Source: Heterodontus francisci
Taxonomy: Eukaryota
Length of the DNA: 64,000 bases
Assembly (NCBI RefSeq): GCF_036365525.1
Contig: NW_027140825.1
Location: 1,054,001-1,118,000, forward strand
Reading direction: 5' to 3'
Shown here: in pieces, positions 34,262 through 46,264 of the stretch
How the letters are laid out: each line of letters begins with the position of its first letter
How positions within the stretch are numbered: position 1 is the first letter of the stretch
Translations under genes and position numbers: made by a program
Notes under the pieces: model-generated
Told to the model about the DNA's origin: nothing
The model's database searches: none
Seen by the model: the letters and a program-made list of their open reading frames with translations, nothing else

Positions 34262-34780
34262 CTTCTTCTTTCTTTTCTTTCTTTTGGGCCTACTTATCTC
34301 GAGAGACAATGGATACGCGCCTGGAGGTGGTCAGTGGTTTGTGAAGCAGCGCCTGGAGTGGCTATAAAAGCCAATTCTGGAGTGACAGGCTCTTCCACAG
34401 GTGCTGCAGAGAAATTTGTTTGTCGGGGCTGTTGCACAGTTGGCTCTCCCCTTGCGCCTCTGTCTTTTTTCCTGCCAACTACTAAGTCTCTTCGACTCGC
34501 CACAATTTCGCCCTGTCTTTATGGCTGCCCGCCAGCTCTGGCGAACGCTGGCAACTGACTCCCACGACATGTGATCAATGTCACACGATTTCATGTCGCG
34601 TTTGCAGACGTCTTTATAGCGGAGACATGGACGGCCTGTGGGTCTGATACCAGTGGCGAACTCGCTGTACAATGTGTCTTTGGGGATCCTGCCATCTTCC
34701 ATGCGGCTCACATGGCCAAGCCATCTCAAGCGCCGCTGACTCAGTAGTGTGTATCAGCTGGGAGTGTTGGCCGCTTCAAG
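34262..34780 (-). mobile_element. RTE-clade LINE 3' end
   Basis: Open RWLGHVSRMEDGRIPKDTLYSE...GRPCLRYKD...CSTCGRACHSRIGFYSHSRRC*, followed by an (AAAG/AAG)n tail. Confidence 0.85.
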
Positions 34781-34818
34781 GACTAGTTAGACAAACAAAG
34801 CCTTTAACATTTACATAC

Positions 34819-34874
34819 CCAAAACTGTGAGCTTGGTCCCTTGGCCAAAATATAATGGTTCGGTCTTTCCATAA
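34819..34874 (-). CDS. TRBJ: TRBJ2-12 (YGKTEPLYFGQGTKLTVL)
   Basis: RSS cacagtg-12-tacaaaact (34875-34902); donor gtatgt. Confidence 0.92.
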
Positions 34875-35544
34875 CACAGTGTTACACTCCCATTACAAAA
34901 CTATTACCCTCCAGACAACCTATTGCACCAGGAGGCGGCCATTCAGCCCCTCTATCCTGCTCCTCTATTCAAAGGCTGATCTGTACCTCACTTCATTTAC
35001 CAATCTGATCTCGATATCCCTCGATAACCTCCCCAAACAAAGTTATTTCCATCTCAATTTTGTCAGGTCTAATCGCCCTCCAGGATTCACAGCTTTTTGT
35101 TGAAGAGGGAGTTCCAGAGATCTTTTACAATCAATTATTATCATGTACTTTTACTACGGATTCCTCTGCGAGAGGTGAAATCAGAGGGTTTTCCATCAAA
35201 ATATCTGATGTTCGACATCCCAGTACGGCTTTAGTTTCACATAAAAAGCTACAATGAGATTCTTGATATTCACATTGATAACTAGAATAATGGAGAGTTG
35301 TGGGCAATCACAGAATATAACAATAGACCAACAAATGGCTTTATCAAGTTTGACTATCCCAGTGGATAGTGAATGGAACAATTTAACAATAGTGTTACTC
35401 TAAAAGAGAAGCAAATTAATCTCTTTTAAAGGCAGGCTGGAGATTGGGTCAAATCATTAACTAAACCCTCTCCACTCCCCATTGGAGGCAACCGAATAGC
35501 AATTAAACTGTAAAATGAATACAATGCTGAAACCGTTCACCTAC

Positions 35545-35597
35545 CGAAAACTACTATCTTGGTCCCATCGCCAAAAGTATAATCGTAGTTATTTGAG
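35545..35597 (-). CDS. TRBJ: TRBJ2-11 (SNNYDYTFGDGTKIVVF)
   Basis: RSS cacagtg-12-tttaaaact (35598-35625); donor gtaggt. Confidence 0.92.
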
Positions 35598-36097
35598 CAC
35601 AGTGATGCCTGTCAGTTTTAAAACTCCCATCTAGTTAGAAATGTTAAAATGCACCGTCTTCGAAATGATGTACTCAAATTGTAGATTTACATACTATGAA
35701 TGTGTGATGTAAAGACAGCGGCAATGCACCCTAGATATTGGACAGGAGAACAAAAGGTTAGTTATAGGGCCTGGTGGAGGTTACAGAGACAGCGAGATTT
35801 GTCGGGATTGGAGGATGTTGCAGGGATACGGAGAGTTATAGAGGCTGGAGGCGGTTACAGGGATAGGGAGGTTTGTAGGGGCCGGAGGATGTTACAGGGA
35901 CAGGGAGGCCTTGGGTTGAGTTGAAAACAAATGTGAAAGACATTTAAACCAAGATATTGCAGGTTCAGCTGCCAATATAAATCGGCGAGGTGATTCTGTG
36001 ACCGAGAACATGATGTATTTTAGAGCATCTAATTTCGTCTGAGAATCTCAAATATCCTCATTAACGAAAACAACAAAAGCTTCAGTTCTGTGCTCAC

Positions 36098-36150
36098 CTA
36101 AAACAATCAATTTTGTCCCGTCACTGAAGTAATACGGAGTATTTCCTGTA
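36098..36150 (-). CDS. TRBJ: TRBJ2-10, ORF with non-canonical FSDG (TGNTPYYFSDGTKLIVL)
   Basis: RSS cacaatg-12-agtataact (36151-36178); donor gtgagc. Confidence 0.82.
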
Positions 36151-37207
36151 CACAATGTTACATGACAATAGTATAACTACAGGTCGAAGAGCAATGAAGC
36201 TGGTGCACTGATGCAAAACCTCACACAGAATGCACTGGAGATTTGACTCTTTATGTTAAGGGCATTATAATGTTAATTAGAAAATCATTGTGAGGAATAG
36301 AAAGGGAAGTTCGTTTCTCAGATAGTGGTAATAATGTGGAATGCACTACCACAGGGAATGGGTTGAGATGGATTTTGGAGATGCTTTCAAGGAGTAAATT
36401 GGAAAAAGACATGGGAGAGAAAGGAATAGAAGATTAGATGAAGTAAGGGTGAGAGGAGGCTCGTGTGCAGTTTCACCACTGGCTTGCTGACACACTGTAA
36501 ATTCTATATAATTAAATGTAATTATGATGTTTTATTTCACTCATTCTGGGGGAAGAACGATGACAGCATTTTTTGGAAACAAATAATCTGCCCTCTGAGA
36601 AAACGGTTCACAAATCTGCAACTCCCTCCCTGACAGGACTGCGGAAAGACCTACACCCCATTGAGTGCAGGGGCGATGGTTGCAAAGTGATAATGTCACT
36701 GTGCTAGTAATGTTCTGGTTCAAATCCCGGGGGTAGCTCGAGGAATTAAACTTCAACTGATAAATGAAAGTCTGGTTTAACTGCATGAAACTATCGTCAA
36801 TTGTCAGAAAACCCCGCCTGTTGTCATATAAGTGACTTCAGACTTCAGTTGACTCTCAACTGCCTTCTGAAACAGCAAACCACCCAGTCCAAGAGCAATT
36901 AGGGTTGGGCAGCAAAACTTGGCCTTGCCAGCGACGCCCATATCTGATGAAAAAAAATGAGCTAGCAGACCACTCAGAGGGCAATTAGGGATGGGCAATA
37001 AATTCTGGTCCACATGCCACGAACGAATTAAAAAAATGTATTTCCCTGTGCATCTTAGTATTTTCCATCTATTCTGCCTTTTATGCACATTGGAAATGCT
37101 GCCTGAAATTTTTTTGTTATTTGTCAATGCAACATTTCAGTTGCAAACTGAAACTCAGAAACAGCGTGAGCTACAATCATTTTTTTTTCAAAGAACGTCC
37201 AACTCAC

Positions 37208-37260
37208 CCAACACAGTCAGTTTTGTCCCGTCACCGAAGAAATACTCGTAGCTTCCAGAA
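37208..37260 (-). CDS. TRBJ: TRBJ2-9 (SGSYEYFFGDGTKLTVL)
   Basis: RSS cacagtg-12-tactaaact (37261-37288); donor gtgagt. Confidence 0.92.
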
Positions 37261-37562
37261 CACAGTGTTTCAGCCCTGTTACTAAACTATACTGGTCCCT
37301 GAAAGGTTGCCGAATATTTGAGTGAATAATACAGCTCTTGTTTGTTTGTCCATGATCAGCTAAATGGGAGAAATTTTCCCTTCTTTAAACACAGATCCAG
37401 TTCAAGAATCAGTCTTTCTCCTTCTCTCTCTCTCTGTCTCTGTTTGTGTCTTAAATGCATTGGAAAAATGTCTTTCTCCAATGAACCCGGAGCCTTAAGC
37501 ATCTTTCCGACCATTTCAGACAACATGCATTCTCAGAATTGGCCTAACATTCCTGGACTCAC

Positions 37563-37612
37563 CTGCCACTACTAACTTGGTAACGCTTCCGAAGTAATAT
37601 TGATTGCCAGAA
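37563..37612 (-). CDS. TRBJ: TRBJ2-8, ORF with non-canonical FGSV (SGNQYYFGSVTKLVVA)
   Basis: RSS cacaatg-12-aacaaaact (37613-37640); donor gtgagt. Confidence 0.82.
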
Positions 37613-38674
37613 CACAATGAGAGACCCTTGTAACAAAACTTCATAAGGCGAGGTGCAGGTCTTGCCTATATCACACTTGGACCCTGTCCTCGAAAGGGTT
37701 TGTAGATCACATCTCCTTAATTTATATATCTCCTAATTTACATTTGTGGCTCACGAGCAAGGTCATAGAATCAGAAATATACATTACTGAAGGGGAGACC
37801 ATTCGGCCCATAGGACCTCTGCTGACTTCATGAAAGGGTTTTAACATAGTCCTGGATATTTCCCTTCGAGTATCTATCAATTTCCATTTTGAAATTCACT
37901 ACTGAACCAACTTCCACCACCAGTTCAGATGTGCCTTCCCGATCACAGTAACTACCTTTGTGGGAGAATGTCTCTTCATCCCGCCTCTGGTCCTTTTTGT
38001 CAATTGCCTCAAAACCTGTGTCCTCTGGTTACCGACCCTTCTACCAATGGAGACTGTTTCTGATTATTAACTCTATCCAAAACCTTCATTAATTTGAACA
38101 CCTCTTTTCAATCTCCCTTTAACCTTCTCTGTTGAAAGCAGAATAATTCCAGGTTCTCCAGTCTCTACAACTATCTGAGGCCCCTCATCTCTGGTACCAT
38201 TCTGGTGAATCATTTCTGCTCCCTATCTAAGGCCTTCATAAAGTGTGGTACCCAGAACTGCACACAATGCTCCAGCTGGGACCTAACCAGTGATTTGTAA
38301 ATGTTAATCCTCACTTCCTTACGGAACTCCTTGTGAATCCTTCACCAATGATGGTCTGTTCCAGCATCATCAACTGGTCATTTCAAACATATTAACCCTT
38401 TTTTTGACCTAGCTCTCTCTCTAACTCACTCCTCGCATTAAACCGCTGGAGTAACATTCGGGACAGGGGGACGTCATTCAGAGTCTGATTTCCCAGACAG
38501 CTATCACTTGTTGATTTCCACACACACAATCGGTCATTGTTAAGAAACGGGTGGCACCTGAATAGGGAATATGATTAGCGTTATCTTCATATATTAATCT
38601 TGTAAATTTCAATCAGACTATACCATATCAGACTGTGCGGAATGATTCTGACTGACGCCACGTTAATCAGTTAC

Positions 38675-38726
38675 CTAAAACCACGAGGTTTGTGCCATCG
38701 CCAAATGTGTAGTCATTGTTCCCTGA
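38675..38726 (-). CDS. TRBJ: TRBJ2-7 (SGNNDYTFGDGTNLVVL)
   Basis: RSS cacaatg-12-aacaaagtg (38727-38754); donor gtaact. Confidence 0.9.
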
Positions 38727-39158
38727 CACAATGTTACACAGTTGTAACAAAGTGAGGGAATCTTTAACTCTCTGCACACCGGTTAATTAAGTGCAGTTGC
38801 ATCATTTTGTATTGGGTTGCATTTATTATCCCGCCCTTTCAGTCTTTACCTCGTTTTGTCACTTTTTTTGTCTTTGTCTCCACCTCTCCCATCTTTTTCT
38901 CTATAATTTTCAATCCCCTTTTGCCTGCATTTAGCTCCCAATCTGTTTCTCTGCAGATATGGTTTGTCTCCCTAGCCTTCTTCCGTTTGCACCTGGCCAT
39001 TCCCCTATGTTTAGTTTTTTTAACTGTTGCTTCATTACTCTTTGTTTTTTCTCAAGTTTACCTTCTCTCTCCTTTCTTCAAATTGACGGGAGAAAACTTG
39101 CTGACAGTTTTAATACTTACTGAGACCAATGATATGGTTCGTCAAATATCTCACTCAC

Positions 39159-39216
39159 CCAGGATTGTTAACTTAGTGCCATCTCCGAAATATGATGGCT
39201 GGTTATTTCCTGCTCC
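39159..39216 (-). CDS. TRBJ: TRBJ2-6 (GAGNNQPSYFGDGTKLTIL)
   Basis: RSS cacatca-12-acaaaaaca (39217-39244); donor gtgagt. Confidence 0.92.
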
Positions 39217-39766
39217 CACATCATTATGTCACAACACAAAAACATTCCTCAATTGCGCCCTGCCAGTTTTCAGTGTCCATCTCATTAATATTTGATATTG
39301 CCCTTTGACTAACATGAGCTGACCATACAACAAAGTATACCCATAAAATAACCGGGTGGGGAGGTGGGGGAGGGGGGGCTTGACCATTAAAGCTAGCAAC
39401 ATTCACAGTACCGTCTATCCATCCATCTGTGAATCTGTTAGATGTCCACAGATACAGTGCTTATAATACAGGAAGATTTTACATGGAGTTCTTCATAATT
39501 ATTAATTAACTTCTACACACAAGTTGGGGACCAGATAGCTCAGTTGGCGAACGTGCCAGTTAGAACAATGCTTACAGAACGGATTCATTTCTCACTGTGT
39601 CTGGGGAAGGCAAGGGGAAGCCTCCTCATAGACACTCCTCCCCATTCATGCTTCTCTCTCCTGCTGGTGAAAAGGAGCAGAGAGCCAGTCCATCAGATGA
39701 CCACCAGCCTGCACAGACAAGATGAACCCAGCATCCCTGGCTTCATTGAATGAAAGTCTAACTCAC

Positions 39767-39823
39767 CCAATACTATTAGAGCCAAACGTTCTCCAAAATG
39801 TAAAGGCTGGTAGCTCCCGCCTG
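39767..39823 (-). CDS. TRBJ: TRBJ2-5, ORF with non-canonical FGER (GGSYQPLHFGERLALIVL)
   Basis: RSS cactata-12-accaaaaca (39824-39851); donor gtgagt. Confidence 0.8.
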
Positions 39824-39978
39824 CACTATACTAAACAACATTACCAAAACACACCTTTGGATAGACATATACACCGACAGAAAAGTAGCTACGTCGATAG
39901 ATAAACATAAAGATGGATACACAGACCGATACATTATGGATGATGGAACAATAGATGTTTATATAGACGGTAACGTAC

Positions 39979-40028
39979 CTAAAACAGTTAACTTGGTACC
40001 AGCTCCGAAGTAGTAAATATCAGAAGAG
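39979..40028 (-). CDS. TRBJ: TRBJ2-4 (SSDIYYFGAGTKLTVL)
   Basis: RSS cacagag-12-atcaaaacc (40029-40056); donor gtacgt. Confidence 0.92.
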
Positions 40029-41564
40029 CACAGAGCTAAATCCCTGCATCAAAACCTCTCACCTCTCTCTGATTCATGTCCTGAAGGAGCCTTTCACAAC
40101 TAGAAAGAACCTCCAGGAGTATTGGCACAAAGGAACATAGAAATGCTGTAGCTGGAGTAGGCCATTCAGCCCGTCGAGCTTGTTCTGACATTCAGTGAGG
40201 TCATGAATCATCTGTATTGTAACCCCATTAGCCTGTTTGTGTTCCAGACCCTTTTCCTAACAAGGCTCTATCATTCTCAGATTGGGAAGTGACAATTGAC
40301 CCTGTGGCCTCAGCAGTTTCATAGGGGAGAGAGGCCCAGATTTCCACCACCGTTTGTTCAGTTATGTCCTTTCTGGCATCACCCCTGAACGGCCAAGCTT
40401 TGATGTTAAGCTAATGCTCCCCTCCACCCTCACCCTTGTTCTGGGCTCTGACACCCGTGTAAATTGCAGCTCTATCTACCCTATCGAATCCTCTCATTAT
40501 CTTAAACACATCAGTTGGATCAATCCTTAATCTCCAATGCTCAACATCTCCAAGCAACCTGCCCCCATAATTTAATCCCGGCATCATTCTGGTAAATGAG
40601 GAAAGATCATTCGCAATCTGCCCTGGACTTTCCGCTCACGTTCCCCAGGCCGTTCAATGTGCATTCAACACCCAGTGTCCATTCACAAACAAACAAATCC
40701 CCTTTGATACTTCTCATCCATTCAAACGCTTTAGGATAATGGGGAATACATCAAATCATATCGAGACTTCAGCACCGAACCAGACCATTCAGCCCACTAC
40801 GTCCTAGCCGATTAAATGCTCCACATGATCCTTCTCACACCCTCTTCATCTCACCCCATCCTTTTAAAAGGTCCTTTTATTCCTTTCTCCCCCATATGTT
40901 TATCCAGCTTCCCTCTTAAATACATCTCTGCTATTCGCCTCAGCCCACTCCCTGTGGTAGTGAGTTCCACATTCTCGCCACTCTCTGGTTGAAAAGGCTT
41001 CTCCTGAATTCCATATTTGATTTATTAGTGACTGTCTTATATTGATGGTCCCCTGGTTCTGGTCTCCTCAACAAGTGGAATCATCTTGCCTCTGTCATAA
41101 TCATAAAGACCTCGATCAGGTTATCCCCTCTGCCTTCTCTTTTCTGGAGAAAACAGCACCAGCCTCTTCATTCTTGACCTGTGGTTATATCCTCTCAATT
41201 TTGGGAGCACACTTGTAAATATGTTTTGTTTTGCTCTATCCAGAGCCTCTGCTTTTTTAATCATATGCAGTTCATAACGGCATACTGAAGAATTGAATCT
41301 GACAGTTTTCGTTCTGTGTCTGTGTCCTCTTGTTTTGTTCTCATTTGCAGCTACATTGCTGTTTGTACTGCTTATTTTAGAGACCCTCCCTTATGTCCCC
41401 ACTCAAACCCCTTTCCAAATGAATTCAGCAGTTGTTGGTCTCCCTTTGTAAGCCCAAGAGTCGAAATTAATTCACCGAATTCCTAAATATTCACTCCCAC
41501 AACCACCCCACGTGAATTCCCGAATTGAATCAACTTTTCCAGTGTTTGGAAGGCATTCACTCAC

Positions 41565-41614
41565 CTAAAACCACCAGTTTGGTCCCATCACCGAAATATG
41601 CTTCTCCAACGTTA
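41565..41614 (-). CDS. TRBJ: TRBJ2-3 (NVGEAYFGDGTKLVVL)
   Basis: RSS cacaatg-12-cgcaaaatc (41615-41642); donor gtgagt. Confidence 0.92.
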
Positions 41615-42203
41615 CACAATGGTATGGGGCTGTCGCAAAATCCCCCTCAAGTCTAGATTGTTCAGTCTGTTCCATTGAAGTTCGGACTGTGTCAATGGCC
41701 CGTAAAGGGTGTTGGAACAGGGGGACAGGAGGTGGCCGTTCAGCCCTTCTAGCCTGTTCCACCATTCAATTAGATCAGGGTTGATCTGAATCTTAACTCC
41801 ATCATCCCACCTTGATTCTGTAACCCTCAATACTTCTGTTTAACAAAACTCTAACAATCTTGGATTTGAACTTATCAATTGACCACCAGTCTCAACAGTA
41901 TTTTATTTTGTTGTGGGGGTGCGGGGAGAGTTCCTGATATCACCCCTGAACGGCTCGAATTTAAATCGTTCTGGACTCCCCCCAACCTGAAGAAGCAGTT
42001 TCTCTCTCTCTATCCAACACATCAAGCACCTCGATTATATCAGCCCTTTAATGATCTCGATTCAAGGGACTGTAACCAGTCTGAGTTACCAGTCCTCAAG
42101 ATTTAACCCCTTTCTGCATCTAATATCTGAACGTACTCCCCGTGATTTTTTAACCGCATATAAACCTAGATGTTAATCTGATCGGAAGAACAGAGTCCCT
42201 TAC

Positions 42204-42251
42204 CTAAAACTGTTAACTTGGTCCCGTCGCCGAAGTAAGCTATGCTTCCTG
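42204..42251 (-). CDS. TRBJ: TRBJ2-2 (GSIAYFGDGTKLTVL)
   Basis: RSS cacaatg-12-tcatgaaca (42252-42279); donor gtaagg. Confidence 0.92.
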
Positions 42252-42631
42252 CACAATGGTCTAAACCAAGTCATGAACAGGCCCGGGAACTGTTCCTCTT
42301 GCAACTAAACGGGTCTGTGCCGGGCGGTTTACCGTGGAACACATCACCAAGCGGGTGTCCCGTTGGACTGGTCTTTGCGAACCAGAAGGAAGGGCCAGTG
42401 TCGTCCAGGGGAGAGAAACACCCCGCCAAAGTGACAAACAGACGCTTGTGGCAGGAGGGAAATTAGGCGCAATTCTCGGCGGTCATGAGACAGATCTAAC
42501 CGGCTGCCTAACTCGTTAAACTGTCCGGGGAGGAGGGGGGGGGGGGGGGGGGTGGTGGGGCGGCGCAGTAAGCTTGGAATGCACACAGCTAGACATGAAG
42601 GTAGAGAGAACAAAATACCCCTTTATCTTAC

Positions 42632-42682
42632 CTAACACCGTCAGTTTGGTGCCGGTCCCGAAATTGAGTGGTGTGCTGGTAG
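42632..42682 (-). CDS. TRBJ: TRBJ2-1 (TSTPLNFGTGTKLTVL)
   Basis: RSS cacatca-12-gcacgaacc (42683-42710); donor gtaaga. Confidence 0.9.
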
Positions 42683-43203
42683 CACATCAGCAAATCATGT
42701 TGCACGAACCCAGTCGAAAACAGTTTGCTAAAAGTGACCTGCTCAGCGTTTAGGAAGCACTGGTCAAGACAATCAGGAGGCACAAAGCAGCTTACAGCCA
42801 ATGAAGCAGTTTGTTTAGGAAGTGGTCACCACAGGGAGACAGAGCAACTGATATTGTACCAAGGAAGTCCCATCAAACAGCAGTGAGATTAATGAGCAGA
42901 TCATTGTGATGTTGGTTGAGGGATCAATATTGGTCCCAAGACACCGGGGTGGTGTTTCAGGGCTTGAAGAGTAACCAGTTTTCACACAAATAACACAGTT
43001 ATTCTCTTTTCCAGAGGAATGCTCTACGTTATAAAGCTGGACCATTCTGAGGCATCTACAAGATTGAAAGGGCCCAGCTCCCGCCATAATCCAGAGGAGA
43101 TGTTTATTCGTTTACTCTGTTGCCACTGCTCTTCTGCTGATCTTCCTCGAGGTGTGTAGAGCGAGGTTTTTGTACGGAGGCTGCATTGGATTCTATCACA
43201 GTG

Positions 43204-43216
43204 TCCCCCCTGTCCC
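43204..43216 (-). CDS. TRBD: TRBD2 (GGGACAGGGGGGA)
   Basis: 5' 12-RSS cacggtg-12-acaaaaaag (43217-43244 on +); 3' 23-RSS cactgtg-23-acaaaaacc (43203-43165); open in all three frames. Confidence 0.96.
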
Positions 43217-43384
43217 CACGGTGATAGACACTCATACAAAAAAGAACGCGAATTTTGCAAGGCCCTGCTTCTTCAAAGACTCCCGAGGGCTTCACTTGGT
43301 GAAGTCAGTTGAGATTGAGCTGCTGAAAGTTTTTTAGTCCTTTGGACCAGAATTAAAGGCCGTTCATTCCGTCTCAAAACTGTT

Positions 43385-43540
43385 AGCAGGAACAGGAGGT
43401 GGCCATTCTGCCCCTCGTCAGCCTGCTACACAGGAGCAGGAGGAGGCCATTCAGCCCCTCTAGACCTTGTTACACAGGAAGAAGAGGAATCCCATTCAGC
43501 CCCTCTTGAGCTGATTACACAGGAACAGGCCCATTCATCC
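43385..43540. repeat. Short array (~3-4 copies) of the 44-bp minisatellite
   Basis: acacaggaacaggaggaggccattcagcccctc-like units. Confidence 0.7.
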
Positions 43541-44835
43541 ACTCAAGCCTCCTTCCTTTCCTCTACTTCCTTCCTTCCTTCCTTCCCTTCCGTCCTTCCT
43601 CCCTTCCTTCCTTTCATGCTTTTTTTTCTTGCTTGCTTTCTCTCTTGCTTTCTCTCTCTCCATTCCATCTCTCTGTTGCACCCCTTCTCCCCTTCCCCTT
43701 CCCCCATCACTTACCCGCTTCATAACCCACATTCTACCTTCTACAACGTGCAGGACCTCAGGACATACCGGCCACGGGACCTCAAACAGAAGCCACTTAC
43801 TCTAGACAGTAAATCGTTCACACTGCTATCTCTTATCTTATCACTCAGAGAGACCCATATCTGCCAAACTAGTGCAAGTTTCCCAGGTGTCGTGTTGATG
43901 TGTGCGGTGCTGTTATCATTCCTGCAGATCTCATTGCACACCAACCCCCATCGCCATGCACCTGACATGAGGGAGAAAGGAATAGAAGTTTAGATGGTGT
44001 AGTGGGGGTGGGGAGAGGAGGCTCGTGTTCAGTATCACCACTGGCTTCATGACACATTTCTGGGGGGATTCGAGCAATGTTTGAAAATGAATAATCCGCC
44101 CTCTGAGAAAATGGGTCAAAAAAGGAACTCCTTCCTTAACAACACTGTGGAAATACCTAAAACACATTGAACGCAGGCGTGACGCCAGCAAAATGATAAT
44201 GTTGCTGGGCCTGTAATCCAGCAGCCCGGGCTAGTGTTCTGGTTGTGTGAATTCAAATGGCCGCAGATGGGATTTAAATTGAACCGATTTATAAAAATCT
44301 GTCAGGGTGCCATGAAACTGTCGTTGATTGTCGTAAAAACCCATCTACCATCCGATATGGGACTCCAAACCTGCAGCATGCAGTTGACTGTTAACTGCCC
44401 TCTGAAATTGCAAAGCACTCAGTTCAAGGGCAATTAGGGATGGGCAACAAATGTTGGCCTTGCCATCGGCGCCCACATCCCATGACAAGAATAAAAACAT
44501 GGCCTAACAAACCACTCAGAAGGCAATTATGGGTGGGCAATAAATGCATCCCAGCACGAATTAACAATGACTTTTCCTGTTCATTTTTGTCTGTATTTTG
44601 CTCCCCATCTGTGTCTCTCTGTATATGGTTGCCTCCCTAGCCTTCCTCCATTCGCCACCTCGCCTTTCCTCTATGTTTAATTGTTTTAACCTTTGGTTCT
44701 TTACTGTAATGCTTACGGTTTATTTTTACAAATTTCATGTTCTCTCCCCTTTCTTCAAACGGAAGGGAGCAAACTGCCCAACAGTTTCAGTGCTGATTGA
44801 GCCCACTGATATATTTCGACCAATATTCTACTCAC

Positions 44836-44893
44836 CCAGGACCGTTAACTTCGTGGCATCTCCAAAATATGATGGATGGTTACTTCCTGCTCC
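44836..44893 (-). pseudogene. TRBJ1-10, probably non-functional (GAGSNHPSYFGDATKLTVL)
   Basis: FGDA; heptamer cacatca present but the nonamer A-tract is deleted relative to paralog J2-6. Confidence 0.82.
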
Positions 44894-45414
44894 CACATCA
44901 CCATGTCACAACATTCCTCAATAGCGTCCTGCTTATTTGCATTGTCCCTATCATTAATATTTGATATTGGCCTTTGAGTGACATAGGCCAAAGTAAACTC
45001 ATAAACTAACCAGGGTGTTTGGCAATTAAAACTAGCAACATTCCCAATACTGGCTCTCCATCAATGTATGGACCAGTTAGTCAGATGTCCACAGAAACAG
45101 CTCTGACAATATTGGAAAATTTTACTTGGAGTTCGTCATAATTATTAAGTAAGTTGTGCATGTAGGATGGGGACCTATTAGTTCAGTTAGCTAGATGGTT
45201 CACGTGTGATTCAGAGCAAGGTCAACAGCAGGGGTTCAGTTATCGTCTTGTTCTGACGAAAGTAACGGGAAACCGCCTTACCTACCTTTTTCCCTTGTCA
45301 TTCTCATCTCTCCTGCTGTAGAAAAGGAGCAGAGAGCCATGGACGGAACATCTGCATGGCACAGGCAATATGAACCCAGCCATCCTGGCTTAATCGAATA
45401 AACATCTAACACAC

Positions 45415-45471
45415 CCAAAACTGTTAGAGTCGAGCCTTCCCCAAAATGTAGAGGCTGGGCGTTCCCGCCTA
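45415..45471 (-). CDS. TRBJ: TRBJ1-9 (GGNAQPLHFGEGSTLTVL)
   Basis: RSS cactata-12-accaaaaca (45472-45499); donor gtgtgt. Confidence 0.87.
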
Positions 45472-45630
45472 CACTATACTAAACAACAGTACCAAAACAC
45501 AGCGTTGGGTAGACAGGTACAGCCTCAAGCAAGTAATGTATCGATATCTAAACACATGGATGGATGCACAGATACATTGTGGATCGATCGAACAATGGAT
45601 ATTTGCACATTTATGTAGATGGGATATTAC

Positions 45631-45672
45631 CTAAAATTTAGATCCAGTTCCGAAGTATTAATATCAGCAGAG
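45631..45672 (-). pseudogene. TRBJ1-8 pseudogene (paralog of J1-4/J2-4)
   Basis: ctaaaatttagatccagttccgaagtattaatatcagcagag aligns to J2-4 with an internal deletion; heptamer destroyed. Confidence 0.75.
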
Positions 45673-46264
45673 CAAAAGCTAACTCCCTGAATAAAACCTC
45701 TCACCTCTCTGTGGTTCTATCCCAAGAGAGCCTTTCACAACAATGGAGAACATACAAGTACAGGAATATTGGCTGACAGCAGCACGGGAACAAAAATAGA
45801 CTGTTCAGCCCTTCGAGTGGGTTCCGACATGCAAAAAGAACATGTATGTTAGTATCGTCAAGGTGGATGGAAAGAAAGGTGCAGAGCTGAGTGGTTACGT
45901 GCACAGCTCTCAATGGTGGATCGATGGAAATCGGACAGTCCAGAATTTCAGGATCACAAAGATCTCGGAGAGTTGTAGAGGCTGGAGGAGGTTACAGAGA
46001 TAGGGAGTGTTGTAGAGGCTGGAGGAGGTTACAGACATAGGGAGGGTGGTAGGGGGCTGGAGGTGGTTACAGACATAGAGAGGGTGGTAGTGGGCTGGAT
46101 GAGGTTACAGGGATAGGGAGGGTTGTATGGGGCTGGAGGAGGTTGAGGCCATTTTTTTAACTCATTCATGGGATGTGGGCGTCACTGACAAGGCCAGCAT
46201 TTGTTACCCATCCCTAGTTGCCCTTGACAACTGCGTGGCTATTTCAGAAAGCAGTTACGAGTAA

